A DNA stretch of 64,000 bases from Mytilus trossulus (taxonomy: Eukaryota): the NCBI RefSeq assembly GCF_036588685.1, contig NC_086382.1:48422001-48486000 (forward strand). Reading direction: 5' to 3'. Position numbers and translations under genes: made by a program. Below are positions 1 through 12,018 of this stretch, piece by piece. A model generated the notes under the pieces. The model had not been told where the DNA came from. It worked only from the letters and a program-made list of their open reading frames with translations, and did not search any database. Each line of letters begins with the position of its first letter. The stretch's first letter is position 1.

Positions 1-2132
1 CCCTTCCCTCGCAATAAGAACGCAAGTTCGGAAAATACGATAATCCTTCTTCGTTTATGCTATTATGAATCCAGTAGTTCCTTGTTAAGTTTTTGGTAAC
101 CATCACCACATATATAGTTCATAAAATTCGGCAAGTCTAACATCTGAATATAATAAGTTCATTACATTCATCAAGTCAAATAGCTTGATATATTTACACA
201 TAGTTCATTCGAATCACAAGTTCAATATTTCGGTATACATAGTTCATGTTTTATTTCCGTCACCATCATAGTATGTTGTTCCTCAATATTTGGTAGTGTA
301 CAAGTGTCGGTCATCATCATCTCCATTACGTAGTATTTGACGCATCTAGCTGGTTGGTTCGTCCTTTTTAAGAGTCTGTTAACATCTTCATTGTGTTAAG
401 TTTGGTCCTTGATCAATGGCGCAGAGGAAGACATCTCTCTGGAATCAGTAACATCTATTCTAACCAATTGCGAAGACACCATTTTTTTTTTCAATTGTTC
501 GTGGCATTAGAACCAGAACTCACAATATTCTTTTTGGCTAACCAAGATATATTCTTAATTAATTAACAGTACAAACATATGGCTATTCCAATGAAGATCG
601 CACCTAAACCCACTGATAAACTTATCTCACTTTGGAAAAACTAAAACTTGTTTACTCCCCCTTATTTCTTTTTTTTATTTATCATCTATCCGATTATTGA
701 TAGTTTGTTCACTCGCCTTGAGTTCGCAGGATTGTCCAAGCCTAACAATATTTTGCAAAACCAGTTCTCGATATAAATCAATACAATACGTTCTTTATTT
801 ATATCGAATTATCCGTTTAAACAAAAAATAAATAAAATCGGGAATCTGTCGCATACAACTTCTACAAGTTTAGAAATCCTACATAATAAAAACCAAAAAA
901 TATGTGTATTTACACAAGACGAAAAAAAAATCATTAATTTACAATAAAAAAAATTCAATTCGATCATGTTATATAACCCCTACACCTACATGATACTTAT
1001 AAAAAAAAAAACATTTATGACTACTTATGAACAAAACACATCGTAAAGAATCTTTTTTCAACTCCTTAATTAATTATTTCCTTTTTTTTTTTTATCTTAA
1101 TTTATAATAATAATCCTCCTGATTGCTTATGAAAATTTAAAGCTAGTCTTCCTTTTATATCTATTATATATTTCATTAACATTTTTGTCATTAGTTCTGA
1201 AGTTCATATGTCGCTCATTTTTTCTTTACAAAATCAGTCTACTGCAACAATACTAGTAAATCCCTAAGGGCAAACATATCCATGTTTTTCTTTAATGTGC
1301 TACTTTATGAAGATACTTCTCTTAATCTATTAACAATATGTAAATATGGCGTAATCTAACACCATAAACAACTTGCACCATTTAATAACTTAACATCACT
1401 TATGTTAATCATCCGAAGAAGGGGTTGGAATCTAAAATTATAGACTATTTGTTTTCTCTAAACAAATGTGCGTAAACACTACCCAACTGCGAAACCATCA
1501 CCCAATGGCTCTAACACGCAAACAATGTATCCTCAAAGTACCCTTAACTTCATCTACCAAAGGTTCTAAATCAACTTTTATTTACACCGGTGCTCTACTT
1601 ATTTTACGTAAAATACATATTTTCTAGAATAATTGAATGTATCTTCAAAAAACTAACTCATAATATGATCAAAACAAAAACCCAAAATACCTCCAAAAAA
1701 TGATATTGTATCAAGACATATTTACTTGTTTTTTTTTACATATTACTCTCAACAAAAACTAGCTTCTTCAAACTTAAAAAAAAATATATTTTTTAAGAAT
1801 CATATTATATAATTTATCCTATCTATTAAATAACAGCCGATAAAAATAACACTTAAAAAATAACCTTGTTCTCTAATAAAAAAAATGTGTATAATATTCA
1901 TAGTTTTTTAATCGACCTATAATACCTTCAAATATACCTAATAAAAACAATTTGTTCCTACCACAACTCGTGACAAAACTTCTGATTTTAAGCATTTTAA
2001 AAATACGGCCTGACTCCCTTTAACATTAAAAACTTTACTGAATATGTGTGCCATCCCTTGAAAAGCCATTTCTATATGTTGTACTGACATAGAAATATCT
2101 TGATTGTCCATTAAGAAAAATTAAAGTAACTG

Positions 2133-2139
<7 letters not shown>

Positions 2140-2169
<30 letters not shown>

Positions 2170-5100
2170 TAATGTGTTTATTGGCAAAGAACTTCATATA
2201 TGCAATATAATTATAGTAAATAAGTTCATAGTAAATCAGCAAAATCGAGACGAGTACATAAAGTTGATATTTTGAATCCTTCTATAAACGTATATTGATA
2301 TTATCAATAATTTTAAAAAGGAATAGAAAATCTAAATCTAAGGTAGCATGGATTGGGTAGATATTTTTATTATATGAGAGTTAGCTTATAAAATCATTCT
2401 ATTAGTAGGAGCCAGGGGTTCCAGCAGGTGTACGCTCTTTGCAATGGTTTATTTTTATAAAATATTATTTTTTCAATGAACAAATTTTCTTTAAGGTATT
2501 TTTTTAAGGCTACACTATTTACTTGTCCACATTGCATTTTTGTTTTGTATATATAATATTTGGTTAATAGTATTATGAGATTTCTTATGTAGTTTTTTTC
2601 TGTTTTTTCTAATATCCCAAATAAGACAATATCAAAATTAAGTGGTAGTTCAATTTGGACTTTTGCAAATATCCATTTATTAAGTTCTTCCCAAACATCA
2701 AAAACTTTTGGACATATCCAGAATATGTGTTCAATAGTTTCTATTGAGTCTGAACAGAAAGTGCATTTATTGTTTTGTGAGATTTTAATTTTGTAGAGAA
2801 ATTTATTTGTTCCCAAAATTCTGTGATTAATCCTGTATTGGAGCCACTGTAATTTTGAGTTTTTAGTAATGTAAAATGGAAGTCTGTATATTTTATTCCA
2901 AATAATATTATGTCTATTTAGGATTAAAGACCACATTTCCTGTGATGTGATATTGGTTATTTTTTTATTTAAAACATTATACATGTCTTTTGATCCTTTT
3001 GTAGATTTCATAAATATAGAAATAGTAGTTGGTATAATTGGCCCATAAGGCTTCATTAGCTGATTATTTTTAATATTAAGACTTTTCATATAGAAATAAA
3101 CAGCTGACATTACTCCTTGAAATATAAGGAAGTTGGTATCAACATCATATGTTTTTTTAAATTCCTGCCAATTCATTAAATGTCCATCATTATCAATTAA
3201 ATCATTTATTAGCCAGACACCCTTTTCAGTCCATTTTTTATACAGAGGGGTTTGATTACCAATTTTAATTTCTTTATTATTCCAAAGATTAGATGCGATA
3301 AAATCATATTCGTTCTTAATAGCTACTTTGGTTTGTAGTTCAGTCCAAGCATTAAAAACCTCCAGCCAAAAACGATTTTTAACTTGTGTTCTTGGACCTA
3401 CCAAGAATAATTCATTTAATTCAATTTTTTCAGTACAAGTTAGTAATTTACAATAGTTATTAGTTTGTTTGATTATTCTTCTTATCCAAGTTAGTTTTAA
3501 TCCTTTGATGTATTGTTTTAGATTTAACATGTTAAGTCCACCCAGTTCATATATTTGAGCAATTGTTTCCCTTTTAATTTTGTCTGGTTTACCATCCCAA
3601 ATAAAATCAAATAATTTTTTTATGAATTGATTTAGTAATCCATTATTAAGATTTGGTAAAGTTAAAAATAGGTGATTGAGCTTTGAAATTATAAGACTTT
3701 TAATTATTGTAATTTTTCCAATTGGGGATAAGTATTTGTTAGACCAGCTTTTCATTGTTCTTTCTATCTCTTTAAATTTGGGTTCAAAATTTAGTGTTTC
3801 CATTTCTTGTAAGTCTACTGAATATTTAATACCCAAGAGCGTAAATCTGTTGGAACCCCACTCCAATCCCCACTTTACACACATTGTATCTTGGCTATAT
3901 TTCTTTTTCCCAATCCAGACTACCTTTGTTTTCTCTAAATTCATCTTGAGACCAGACCATTCAGCATATAGTTCTAAAACACAAAGAGATGCATCTAAGG
4001 ATTCTGGTGAACCATCTAAAATAAGTGTGGTGTCATCAGCATATTGTGATATCAAAAATTCAGAGTCTTCAATAGTAATACCTTTTATGTTTTCGTTTTT
4101 CCTAGTAAGTAATATTCCTAAAATTTCTGCACATAACAAGAAAATGTAAGGAGATAAAGGATCCCCTTGTCTGCAACCTCTTTCAATTGTAAAAAAATCT
4201 GATAGAAAATTATTCTGCGTTATTGGTGATTTAGTATTTATAAAAAAAGTTTTAACCCAATGTTTTATGGAATTTCCAAAGTTGAAAAAGTCAAGAACTT
4301 GTTCTATAAAAATCCAGGATATTGTATCAAAAGCTTTTTCGAAGTCAATGAGGAGGAGAATGCCGGGGATATCATTTTCTTCAGTGTAGTGTAGTAAATA
4401 ATATATTAATCTGGTGTTTTCACCAATAAATCTACCAGGTATAAATCCGGTCTGATCATTTTTTATTAAAATTGTTAAAACTGACTTTATCCTTTCTGCA
4501 ATGCAACTTGATGCTAATTTATATATATTATTTAAAAGACTGATTGGCCGCCAATTCTTCATGTATTGTTTTGGTTTGTCACCTTTTGGAATGCAAGTTA
4601 TAATTCCTTGTTTTTGGGTAATAGACATTTCCCCTTGATTATAGCCATATTTGATTGATCTATGTATGAATTTACCTATATCAATCCAAAAAAATTTAAG
4701 AAATTCATTTGTATATCCATCTGATCCAGGGCTTTTCTCATTTTTCATTCTTTTAATTGCATCAGTCAATTCTATAAATGATATTTCCCCTTCTAACGAC
4801 TCTTTCATATTTTCAGATAGTTTTGGTATATCTTTATGGGGTAAAGCATTATTCAGATTAATAGATTTTATAGTCTCATTTTTGGAATATAGATTTTTGT
4901 AATAATTTTTGGCTTCGTTTAGAATTTGTTTTTGGTTTTCAATTATATTTCCTGATTGATCAATTAATTTAGGAATTGTTTTATTGACATAATTTTTTGT
5001 CTCTAAATTTATGAAAAACTTTGACGGTTTCTCTCCTTCTTCTACCCATTGTGTTTTTGACCTTATGTATTGACCCCTCATTTTATTTTGTCTGATAATT

Positions 5101-6151
5101 CTAAGATCCGTTTTCTTTTTTTCTATCTGTTCCAAAATTTCATCTGTTTGGGTTATTTCTTCCAACTTGTTTATATCTTCAGCTAGCAAATGTTCTAATT
5201 TATTTGTTTTTTTCTTTTTAAATGAAGCATACGATATTGTTTTCCCCCTTATTTCAGTTAACAATGTTTCTAAAAATAATTGATCACTAATTGTGAACTC
5301 AATTTCACTAGAGTCTACTAAGTTTAGGTTTTCTCGATTATATACAAGAGAAGCATATTGTTCTTTAGTTTTATTTATTACCTCTTTTACAATATGGATA
5401 TAATCTGGATCATATAAAAGAGAATTGTTAAATTTCCATAAACCCCTCCCAATTCTGAAGTTATTAAGTTTTATTTGTAAAATAATAGGCGAGTGATCTG
5501 ATCTATAACTATTTTGTATCTTTAAGTCATGTACATTTGGATAAAAGCTCTGTGAAACTAAAAAAAAATCTAGTCTGGCCTGTTTTATAGGGTTTGGTTT
5601 CCTCCAAGTATATCTTTTACTTTCTGGATATAGTTCTCTAAATGGATCAGTTAAGTTGTAAATTTCCTTTATATCTAACACTTTTTCCTTAGCTTTTGGA
5701 TTATTTATATTCAAGTAATTAAAAGTATCAAGGTCTTGATTTTGCACTAAGTTATAATCTCCTGTCACAATGACAGTATGATTATCAAATTCTTCAATTA
5801 TTTCGCTAACTTTATCATAAAAATCAGGACTGTCACTATTTGGACCATATAATGTAATTAAAGTGATATTGTTATCTTCAATTTTAATATTCAATCCTAA
5901 TAGATTTCCATTTTGATCTTTTTTGCTTTGTAAAATCTTATATTCAAAATTATTATTAAATAAAATGGCCACTCCTCTTTGATTTGAAGAAAAGGAACTA
6001 AAGACGCATTCTCCACCCCATTGATTCTTAACAAATTGTTCATCTTTTTCAGAAAAGTGTGTATCTTGAAGACAATACATGCTACAATCTTTTGCTCTTA
6101 GATAGTCTAAAACATCTCTTCGCTTTTCAATTGAATTAAGTCCTTGGCAGT
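2140..6151 (-). mobile_element. L1/Tx1-clade non-LTR retrotransposon, 5'-truncated at the start of ORF2
   Basis: Poly(T) run 2138-2168 on + (poly(A) tail), AATAAA at 2182-2177, 13-bp TSD TAACTGAGTTCTT at 2127-2139 and 6152-6164, and an intact EN-RT ORF. There is no ORF1. Confidence 0.93.
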
Positions 6152-6224
6152 TAACTGAGTTCTTACCTTTTATATTCCTTCGCGTTATTTTAGACAATCC
6201 AAGTCGATCGTGGTCAAACGGCAT
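2394..6224 (-). CDS. LINE ORF2p: APE endonuclease, reverse transcriptase and C-terminal Cys/His motif
   Basis: EN motifs SVNCQGL, LQDTH, LYGPN, GDYN, RLDFF, SDH. RT motifs KSPGSDG, WRPISLL, DFEKAFD, GCRQGDPLSP, QYADD. C-terminal CTFC..ETIEHIFWIC. The first ~24 codons come from target DNA (ATG at 6224). Confidence 0.92.
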   Translation of the reverse strand: MPFDHDRLGLSKITRRNIKGKNSVNCQGLNSIEKRRDVLDYLRAKDCSMYCLQDTHFSEKDEQFVKNQWGGECVFSSFSSNQRGVAILFNNNFEYKILQSKKDQNGNLLGLNIKIEDNNITLITLYGPNSDSPDFYDKVSEIIEEFDNHTVIVTGDYNLVQNQDLDTFNYLNINNPKAKEKVLDIKEIYNLTDPFRELYPESKRYTWRKPNPIKQARLDFFLVSQSFYPNVHDLKIQNSYRSDHSPIILQIKLNNFRIGRGLWKFNNSLLYDPDYIHIVKEVINKTKEQYASLVYNRENLNLVDSSEIEFTISDQLFLETLLTEIRGKTISYASFKKKKTNKLEHLLAEDINKLEEITQTDEILEQIEKKKTDLRIIRQNKMRGQYIRSKTQWVEEGEKPSKFFINLETKNYVNKTIPKLIDQSGNIIENQKQILNEAKNYYKNLYSKNETIKSINLNNALPHKDIPKLSENMKESLEGEISFIELTDAIKRMKNEKSPGSDGYTNEFLKFFWIDIGKFIHRSIKYGYNQGEMSITQKQGIITCIPKGDKPKQYMKNWRPISLLNNIYKLASSCIAERIKSVLTILIKNDQTGFIPGRFIGENTRLIYYLLHYTEENDIPGILLLIDFEKAFDTISWIFIEQVLDFFNFGNSIKHWVKTFFINTKSPITQNNFLSDFFTIERGCRQGDPLSPYIFLLCAEILGILLTRKNENIKGITIEDSEFLISQYADDTTLILDGSPESLDASLCVLELYAEWSGLKMNLEKTKVVWIGKKKYSQDTMCVKWGLEWGSNRFTLLGIKYSVDLQEMETLNFEPKFKEIERTMKSWSNKYLSPIGKITIIKSLIISKLNHLFLTLPNLNNGLLNQFIKKLFDFIWDGKPDKIKRETIAQIYELGGLNMLNLKQYIKGLKLTWIRRIIKQTNNYCKLLTCTEKIELNELFLVGPRTQVKNRFWLEVFNAWTELQTKVAIKNEYDFIASNLWNNKEIKIGNQTPLYKKWTEKGVWLINDLIDNDGHLMNWQEFKKTYDVDTNFLIFQGVMSAVYFYMKSLNIKNNQLMKPYGPIIPTTISIFMKSTKGSKDMYNVLNKKITNITSQEMWSLILNRHNIIWNKIYRLPFYITKNSKLQWLQYRINHRILGTNKFLYKIKISQNNKCTFCSDSIETIEHIFWICPKVFDVWEELNKWIFAKVQIELPLNFDIVLFGILEKTEKNYIRNLIILLTKYYIYKTKMQCGQVNSVALKKYLKENLFIEKIIFYKNKPLQRAYTCWNPWLLLIE

Positions 6225-6236
6225 CAAAACGACTTA

Positions 6237-6848
6237 TGTAACATAGTTAGTGGATTAAATATATTTTATTATGTAACAACAAAGTCAAGAAAGATACTAA
6301 AGTTCAAATGTTCGAATGTTCACAAACTGTCTTTAAAGTTGAATTGTTCAAATGTTCAATAAATTGTCACACGGGCACATGATCGTATAGTGGTATAATT
6401 GTTCAGTCCTGATAGAATACGTTAGAATATAAAGCGCATGAGTTCCAGCCTACCCACGAGGGGGAAGACCTTGACGGAATCTCCGGTACCAATAGCTTGT
6501 ACCAATCTGTCCTCTCAAGTCCAAAGCTGGATCTTATATAGTCCGGTTGTCCATAAACATTGGCTCATAGCTAATGGCCGGTTACATATTAGTCTGAATG
6601 TTAGTCTATGGTTAATTGTCAAACTATGCAATAAACCCCTGAAGGATACATGTTATTTCACAGTGGACATGGTCATTTATTGGCTTCAGGCTATACATGG
6701 TATGTCTATAATATTTGAACAGATCCTTATTTAAAAGTGTCCAAAGCGTACATGATTGTCATTGAATTGTTTAATTCCCTTTTAATAAATTTCCTAATTA
6801 ATACTCCTTGATAATTAATAATATGGAACACCATGCAATTGTGTAACA
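6237..6848 (-). repeat. Candidate 5' LTR (612 bp, TG...CA)
   Basis: TGTTACA at both ends on the minus strand, internal TATA and polyA signal, PBS-like sequence about 10 nt downstream. An alternative end at 6272 is possible. Confidence 0.45.
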
Positions 6849-7321
6849 ATATCACCATACCATATCTCTTTTTTTTTTATAAGGGGTCAATAACAGAAAC
6901 CCACTTGTTGCAGATGAAGCCACCTATACAAGAATAACATGTTAATCTAAATAGAACAAAAACATTCATTTTGATAGATTTAAGTTATTTTGTGCTTATG
7001 GCGTTTGTTTATTTTCATATTCTCCATGGATTGTTGTTTTTAAATTTGAAGGATGATTGATTTCAAGTAAAAATAAGTCCGAATTGTTGAAAAATGCACA
7101 TGATAGGGACACTTGTGGACACAAGGCTGTATCATTGCATCTAGGCTACAGTCTGGTCTGATTAAGCACCTTTATGTAATTTGATAATATCGCTGCTCGT
7201 GTGTTTCGGAAACCATACCTTTTGTTAACGTACAGTATATTGTTCAAATCATTAACAGAAATACAAATATTAAATATATCTATTTCATACAAATTTTATT
7301 ACTTCCACTAAAAAAATAGCT

Positions 7322-9816
7322 TCATTTTTCATATAAAGTTGGTAGATTATAATCTTCCACAAAAACTGAGTCATCGTCATTTTGCTGTGTTCTTTTCCAC
7401 ATTCTGATGTTTCTCATTAGTATTTCCTCTACATGCTGATCACAATCAGTAATGTGATCTAAATAGATAGATGGTATAGTTGAGATAGACTTTGGTCTGT
7501 GTGACTCTGGAACTGACAACTGTCTTTGCATAAAAGTGTTGTCTTCATACTTATATTCGCCATTACTGCTTCTAACTGAATCACCGCATGTTGACAGCGA
7601 GTCGGAATCTGAAGAAAAATCAGTTAGGTATACAGATGTCAGTCATCATTTCAAAATAGTTTTTCCCTTTATGTATAGAACTGTATTACTCATACCTAGG
7701 AAGAAAGGTATGTACCGCAACAGTAAACTAGACAATTTGACTAAGTGAACTTAGAGACACGATGATACCAAAGGGGCAGCCAAACCTACAAGACGAAAAC
7801 TAACTTACAATCATTTTTATGACAAACTATGAAAAACAACCCAAAGTCTAACAAAATGCAAAACATAATATAGAATACAAACGACACAAAAAAACTGATA
7901 TCAGGTGCTCCGGGTGGTTAAACAGATCCTGCTCCATATAACACTTCCGTCGTGTAAGATAAAAGTAAACATAACATTATGATTAAATAGACAACAATAA
8001 AAGGCCGCTGTTGCACATATAACTTCTAAACAAGAGACAGTGTCACTGTTTCTCTTCATTTGTGTAAATGTTGTGTTGCGTTTTTGAATTGTTGTCTTAC
8101 CAAATATTCGTAGTACATATTATAATGGCAAACGCATGTTATAAGTAAAATATCATTTAATCAAATATACCTTCAATACTAGATAGTGATGACGAATCCA
8201 ACTTGTTCATTCTACAGTAGGTAGGAACACTTTGTTGTCTGATTAATGGCGTCTCTATTTTTACCGACAATGAGGCTGGGTTAATGAACATCAACACCTG
8301 ACTGAGATAACCTTTTGCATTAAACAAAGGCCTCTGTTGTATCTGACGTTTAGAAATCTGTTGTATTGTATCGCTTATTTGAATCAATTGTTTCATAAGT
8401 TTGATGTCTTGATTCCGTAACTGAATCTGAATAAAAAGGTGTAATTATTAACATATACATGCATTGCTACAATGGTATTAAGTGATGAACCTCATTGGTC
8501 GATTTAACAGATGAATATTAAAATTAAAACTCTAAAATATAATTTCATTTATTGTTACACAAGAATAATTATGACCATTCTTTTGGTTTAATTCAGTAAT
8601 TCGAACGATACAATGCTTGTGTGGATTTTTTTTTATATAAATGCATGGTGCTGTCAACATGATCAAATAGGAACTTTGTAAAATTTCACTTATTATCTGT
8701 CTACGACCTTGTCTTTCTATTGTTTACCATCCATTTTCTCTGTTCTCATGGCTTTCACATTACCTGTAAGTCGTTATAATTAAAGATAGAGACTTATAAA
8801 AAAGGACCATTTTTTAAGATACCAAATCGTTAAGTTGAAAACTTATAAACTGATAACGCCAAGGCAAAAAATAAAAGATATATAAAAAGAAAGAAACACA
8901 ACAGCATACTATCATATGAGGTATCTCTCAGTATGCTATCATATGAGAAACACAACAGTATACTATCATATGAGAAACACAACAGTATATAAAAAAGAAG
9001 ATGTGGTATGATTGCCAATCAGACAACTATCAACAAAAGACAAAAATGACACAGACATTAACAACTATAGGTAAACCGTACGGCCTTCAACAATGAGCAA
9101 AGCCCATACCGCATAGTCAGCTATAAAAGGCCCCGATAAGACAATGTAAAACAATTCAAACGAAAAAACTAACAGCCTTATTTATGTAAAAAAAAATTGA
9201 ACGAAAAACAAATATGTAACACATAAACAAACGACAACGACTGAATTACAGGCTCCTGACTTGGGACAGGCACATACATAAATAATGTGGCGGGGTTAAA
9301 CATGCTAGCGGGATCCCAACCCTCCCCTAACCTGGGACAGTGGTATACCAGTACAACTTAAGAACGAACTATAAAAATCAGTTGAAAAAGGCTTAACTCA
9401 TCAGATAGACAAAAAAATACAAGTGGACGTGGCCGGGTACTTATACATCCCGACACAAAAAGACACAATGAACAGATCTGAGAGTACTCGCAGTTATCTG
9501 ACACAGCTAGTTCACAGCCACTAACAACTAATAAAAAAATCATGCATCTAAGACTAAACAATCAATCCGTACACATCCAACATCCAATGTATTTAGTGTA
9601 AAGACGTCATAAACAGCCAGAGAAAAACATGACCTTGTGAAATACTATCATATGAGAAACACAACAGTATACTATCATATGAGGTATCTCCATAAAAGAA
9701 ATATATTTACATTTTTAAACATTAGCAAAATATATGTATGTTAAACCTACCAGATCCGACTTGATAGTTTCTATTGTCGTGTCAAGTCTAACCGATGCAA
9801 TCATCAACTCATCCAT
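7322..9816 (-). CDS. LURAP1/FAM89-like small coiled-coil protein, paralog A (3 coding exons, 202 aa)
   Basis: Exons 9816-9751 (MDELMIASVRLDTTIETIKSDL, donor GTAGGT), 8426-8171 (tttattcag/IQLRNQDIKLMKQLIQISDTIQQI..., donor GTATAT) and 7608-7322 (ttcttcag/DSDSLSTC...EEILMRNIRMWK...YEK*). Phases 0 and 1 join in frame (609 nt). AATAAA at 7300-7295. Confidence 0.82.
8993..9641 (+). mobile_element. Dispersed non-autonomous repeat (unclassified) in intron 1 of paralog A
   Basis: Begins AAGAAGATGTGGTATGATTGCCAAT.AGACAAC. Related copies lie in this window at ~21383-21776 (+), ~36715-36860 (+), ~19290-19400 (-), ~22360-22560 (-) and ~41545-41732 (-). Flanked on both sides by ATACTATCATATGAGAAACACAACAGTATA. 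Confidence 0.7.
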
Positions 9817-10999
9817 AGTCGATCGCTATATATTCTCTAGCTAGTATGTATTCTACAGTTGTAATGTCTGCGGTATGAGCATTGGTTACAGTCCAGATTT
9901 CTGGTTCTTGGTGAGGCACCCTTAAAATATTTGTCACCTTTAACTACATATTTTTAAATACTACATGGAAATTAACATTTTATTTCAAAAATGTAAAATG
10001 CGAACGACTAATATTTTGATTAGGCGTTTAATTTAATCACCCAAATTGCTTTGAGATATAAAAGGAGTAAAATATTGACACAAATTATAGCTGCGTACAA
10101 GTATTATGATTTTTGAATTACATTGTCTTACTTGACCTAGTAAAATTAATAATAAATGATTCAAGGTTTTAGTATTCTGTTTAAAATCTGAAGAATTTAC
10201 AATTTGAAGTGGTTATTTAAAATTAATTTGCCCAGGTGGTCGGCGGTTTGACAATCAGAACACTAATTTTCGCATATTATTACTTTTAATGACTTTTAAT
10301 AAGCGAACTTATGAAAGGATTGAATTCTTAATTTCATATATTACGCGGGGTATTGAATTTCTTGATTTAATTATAAAACCAGAGTTCTTAATAAAATTAC
10401 AATGTTTGGTATTCATTTTTACGGAAGCGTTTTTGCGCCACACATTTTTTACGCAAACCTTTGCGATATAACGTAAAAATTTGCGATGTAGCGCAAGTTA
10501 AACTACTTATTTAAAAGTTGCCGTTAGGTTTTTTCCTTAACCTTGAGTCGTCTGTTATTTTTAGTTTGACTATTTCAGTACACAAATTTTGATCGGCAGG
10601 TAAAAGTAAAATGATAACAAGTGTGCAATAATATATAATAATGAAAAAGGACAAGCTATCCTTTAACAAAATATAAAAGCAAAACAAAAAATACACTGCA
10701 GAAAACTGAACAATGAGTAACGGTACACAAACCAACAAAAACGGAAGTTCTCCGGGACAGTTTACAGTTCAACAAGTGAAATCGCGGTTCTCGCGATACA
10801 GTTTAGTAAGTTGGTGTTGATGATGTTAAGGGGTCATCCAGCCGTTAATATATAGATGCTGAAATTACTTTAATTTTTAATTTAAGCATCACTTCACGTA
10901 AGTCGAACAATAACATTACCAAAAGCAATTTGATTTGAGTGTTTGGGTTCAAACTCCACTTTTATAAGCAACGCTTTTTTGGCTTACTATGTCCACCAG

Positions 11000-11152
11000 T
11001 CTTTATTGTTGGGGGGAGCCGGAATGCCAGGGGAAAACCTTCTATATGAAAATTGAAAACTCTAGTGAATTTAGATTCGAGTCGCACGAGTGGGTTTTGA
11101 ACTCACAACCTCAGTGGTGACTGGCTACTTAGACCACTCGGCCATCGATGCC
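11000..11152 (-). mobile_element. tRNA-derived SINE fragment
   Basis: Pol III A-box TGGCCGAGTGG (11144-11134) and B-box-like AGTTCAAAACC (11103-11093) at tRNA-like spacing. There is no complete cloverleaf. Confidence 0.6.
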
Positions 11153-11667
11153 ACTACCGAAAGCGAAATCAAAATTTCCAAATGTAATACAATGGGTCTA
11201 AATCAAACCTTTTATTTACATTAATTTTGATTTATGACATTACAAAACAAACAACTGATTCATTTAAATGTTTAAATATTTTGTATTAAAGTGTATTTAT
11301 TCATACAAATGAGCGATGACACAATCAAAGAGATACGTGTATATACGGAACTAATTGGAACTAATTAGATATACTATATAATTCAAAGTAAAAAAGCAAC
11401 TTGCACTCCATCGTTTTCAGGTTCTATCAAACATATAATACATTTGAATGGACAATGGAACAAAAATGAGAAAGCATGCCTACATTTGTAGTTATGGCAT
11501 TGTTCGAGTGTTTTCTAACTCTATGTTTAATTCACAGTTTGTTATCTTTTGTAAGAGAATGGTTTAAATGCTATGATAATAGTTGCACTTCTTCTCTTTC
11601 ATCGTTCCGTTTCTTGTTTAGTCATAAAACAGGCCCTTTGGGTTTTTCGTTTGAATAGTTTCATGTT

Positions 11668-12018
11668 TTAAGCTCACCTGGTCTACAGGGCCAAGTGAGC
11701 TTTGCTCATTACCCGCAGTTTGTCGTCCGTTAACTTTTACAAACATCTTCTCCTCTGAAACTACTGGACAAAATTAAACCATACTATCATTCTGTATAGG
11801 AGTGAAATGCCCTTAAATGAGGATTTGTTTACCCTCTTTTGTGTTTTGAGCAAAAACAATTAAGAAAGAAACTAAACAGACAAAATGATCGATAATACTA
11901 GATAAAAAATACGAAATTTTTATTATGAATTTTATTTCTTGTCTACAATGTTGGTGAGAGCCCATTGTCAAATATGCTTATAGACCTAGATTAGCACCAC
12001 AGGCTCTCAAGAGCCTAT
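11668..12018 (+). mobile_element. HINE/DINE-1-like non-autonomous Helentron-type element (degenerate)
   Basis: Starts after a T run with GCTCACCTGGTC..GGCCAAGTGAGC (subterminal inverted repeat/hairpin) and short GTC/GTCC repeats, then GGTGAG near 11953 and a perfect 3' hairpin AGGCTCT-CA-AGAGCCT (12001-12016). Confidence 0.5.

Larger units (their letters stand above)
1..6848 (-). mobile_element. Probable non-autonomous LTR retrotransposon (5' LTR, PBS-like site, ~2.2 kb non-coding internal region, PPT; 3' LTR expected just left of the window), interrupted by a LINE
   Basis: Minus strand: candidate LTR runs from TGTTACA (6848) to TGTTACA (6237) and contains TATATAAG (~6541-6534) and AATAAA (~6270-6265). 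It is followed by TGATGCCGTTTGACCACGAT (~6226-6207), which resembles a tRNA-His PBS (TGGTGCCGTGAC...). The internal region has no long ORF and ends at the window edge with the purine tract GCGAGGGAAGGG (12-1). The second LTR is not visible. Confidence 0.5.

Noticed and set aside
200-510. Possible gag/pol remnant in the LTR-element interior
   Set aside because: Short frames broken by stops, with no recognisable retroviral motifs.
3676-4902. Plus-strand ORFs 3676..4149 and 4651..4902
   Set aside because: Antisense shadows of LINE ORF2 with no domain signal.
11060-11152. tRNA gene
   Set aside because: A and B boxes are present, but there is no acceptor stem or cloverleaf and it continues into a repeat body, so it is a SINE head.
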